Assembly (NCBI RefSeq): GCF_900095195.1
Contig: NZ_LT606950.1
Span: forward strand, 1,475,879-1,507,878
DNA from: Polynucleobacter necessarius
Lineage (GTDB): Bacteria; Pseudomonadota; Gammaproteobacteria; Burkholderiales; Burkholderiaceae
Length of the DNA: 32,000 nt
Direction of reading: 5' to 3'
In this document: positions 31,000 to 32,000 of the stretch, in pieces
Position numbering within the stretch: the first letter of the stretch is position 1
Layout: every line of letters starts with the position of its first letter
Notes under the pieces: generated by a model
Seen by the model: only the letters and a program-made list of their open reading frames with translations
Told to the model about the DNA's origin: nothing
Database searches by the model: none
Program-made: the position numbers and the translations under genes

Positions 31000-31658
31000 C
31001 TGATTCGCTGCTTAGCTTGGGAATCAAAGAACTAGGCCTAAATTTAACGGATGGCAATGTTGCGGACCTAGAGCATTTCTTGCAAGAAATGGGCCGCTGG
31101 AATCAGGTGCATAACCTCACGGCGATTGAAAACGAAAAGGATTCTGTTCGGTTGCATATCATTGATTCCATTGCAATTTTACCGGTATTGCGGCACTTTT
31201 TAAGCATTCCTTCACCAAAGATTGCCGACCTTGGTTCGGGCGGGGGGTTGCCCGCCATTCCGATGGCAATTATTCAGCCAGAATGGCGTTTAACGTTAAT
31301 TGAGGCGATTCGTAAGAAAACTGCTTTTTTGCAACATGTACGCGGTAAATTAAAGCTACAAAATGCAGAAATATTGAGCGAAAGAGTAGAAAATGTTGCG
31401 GTACAACAAGCGGCGCAATTTGATGCTGTTATTTCTCGTGCATTCACAAACCTGGCACGCTTTTTAGAGCTTTCCATGCCATTTTTAAAGCCTGATGGTC
31501 TCGTGTTTGCGTTGAAATCAAAGCGAGCTGACGAAGAGATGGCCGCAGTCTCTAGGGAAAATTGGCGTTTGCTCGCAGATGAGGCCTTATTCATCCCCAA
31601 TGCGGCTGTTGAGCGCCGTCTTTTGGTATTCACCCCCATGCGAAAATCATCTTCTTAA
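30996..31658 (+). CDS. rsmG: 16S rRNA (guanine527-N7)-methyltransferase RsmG (GidB)
   Basis: 220 aa and apparently intact, with the SAM motif [15 protein letters not shown] and ISRAF. The start overlaps the mnmG stop (ATGA). Confidence 0.9.
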
Positions 31659-31682
31659 CCCTCAGTAAAACCCTCAGCAGTT

Positions 31683-32000
31683 ATGGCAAAAATATTCTGT
31701 ATTGCAAATCAAAAAGGCGGTGTTGGTAAAACCACAACGGCAGTGAATTTAGCTGCAGGTTTGTCTGGTTTAGGGCGGCGGGTTTTATTGGCGGACTTGG
31801 ATCCACAGGGTAACGCCACAATGGGGTCTGGAGTTGAAAAAGCCAATCTAGACAATAGCGTTTATCAGGTGCTTATTGGAATGGCATCTGTTAACGAATG
31901 TGCCCAACGGTGCGAGAGCTTTGGTTACGACGTGCTTCCCGCAAACCGGGATTTAGCTGGTGCCGAAATTGAATTAGTCGATATTGATGCGCGCGAATCT
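31683..32000 (+). CDS. parA: Chromosome partitioning ATPase ParA/Soj; 3' end outside the window
   Basis: Absent from the ORF track because it runs off the window. The translation is MAKIFCIANQKGGVGKTTTAVNLAAGLSGLGRRVLLADLDPQGNATMGSG..., which contains the deviant Walker A motif. 106 codons are visible. Confidence 0.9.
   Translation, partial: MAKIFCIANQKGGVGKTTTAVNLAAGLSGLGRRVLLADLDPQGNATMGSGVEKANLDNSVYQVLIGMASVNECAQRCESFGYDVLPANRDLAGAEIELVDIDARES

Overview
This window is the origin-proximal core chromosome of a betaproteobacterium. The synteny is Burkholderiales-type: ntrX-like/ntrY-like/DUF4390/rsmB/fmt/def, then dprA-topB, then yidC-yidD-rnpA-rpmH | dnaA-dnaN-gyrB, and finally mnmG-rsmG-parA. 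Base composition is moderately AT-rich. The gene content and state of decay resemble Polynucleobacter, especially its host-restricted lineage, but that is a guess from memory and I cannot verify it without a database search.

The ORF track hides the main signal. By my reading, about 11 of roughly 32 protein-coding loci are broken by frameshifts, nonsense codons or internal deletions: arsC, rsmB, dprA, an MnmC-like FAD oxidoreductase, mnmE, a SET-domain gene, livG-, livF- and livH-like genes, a TauE remnant and mnmG. The replication and translation core is intact: dnaA, dnaN, gyrB, topB, yidC, yidD, rnpA, rpmH, fmt, def, pckG and rsmG.

Features absent from the ORF track:
- tRNA-Phe(GAA) with its terminator
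- rpmH
- a truncated MIP-channel gene at the left edge
- a near-consensus parS site inside the dead mnmG
- two DnaA-box clusters, of which the dnaA-dnaN spacer is the better oriC candidate
- a 10-2-10 inverted repeat upstream of arsR

I found no CRISPR array, transposase or integrase, defence island, secretion system or biosynthetic cluster, so I cannot support a claim of a novel multi-gene system here. The most interesting biology is the pattern of gene decay. In particular, the whole tRNA U34 xm5 modification pathway is lost, and DNA sites are preserved inside decaying genes.
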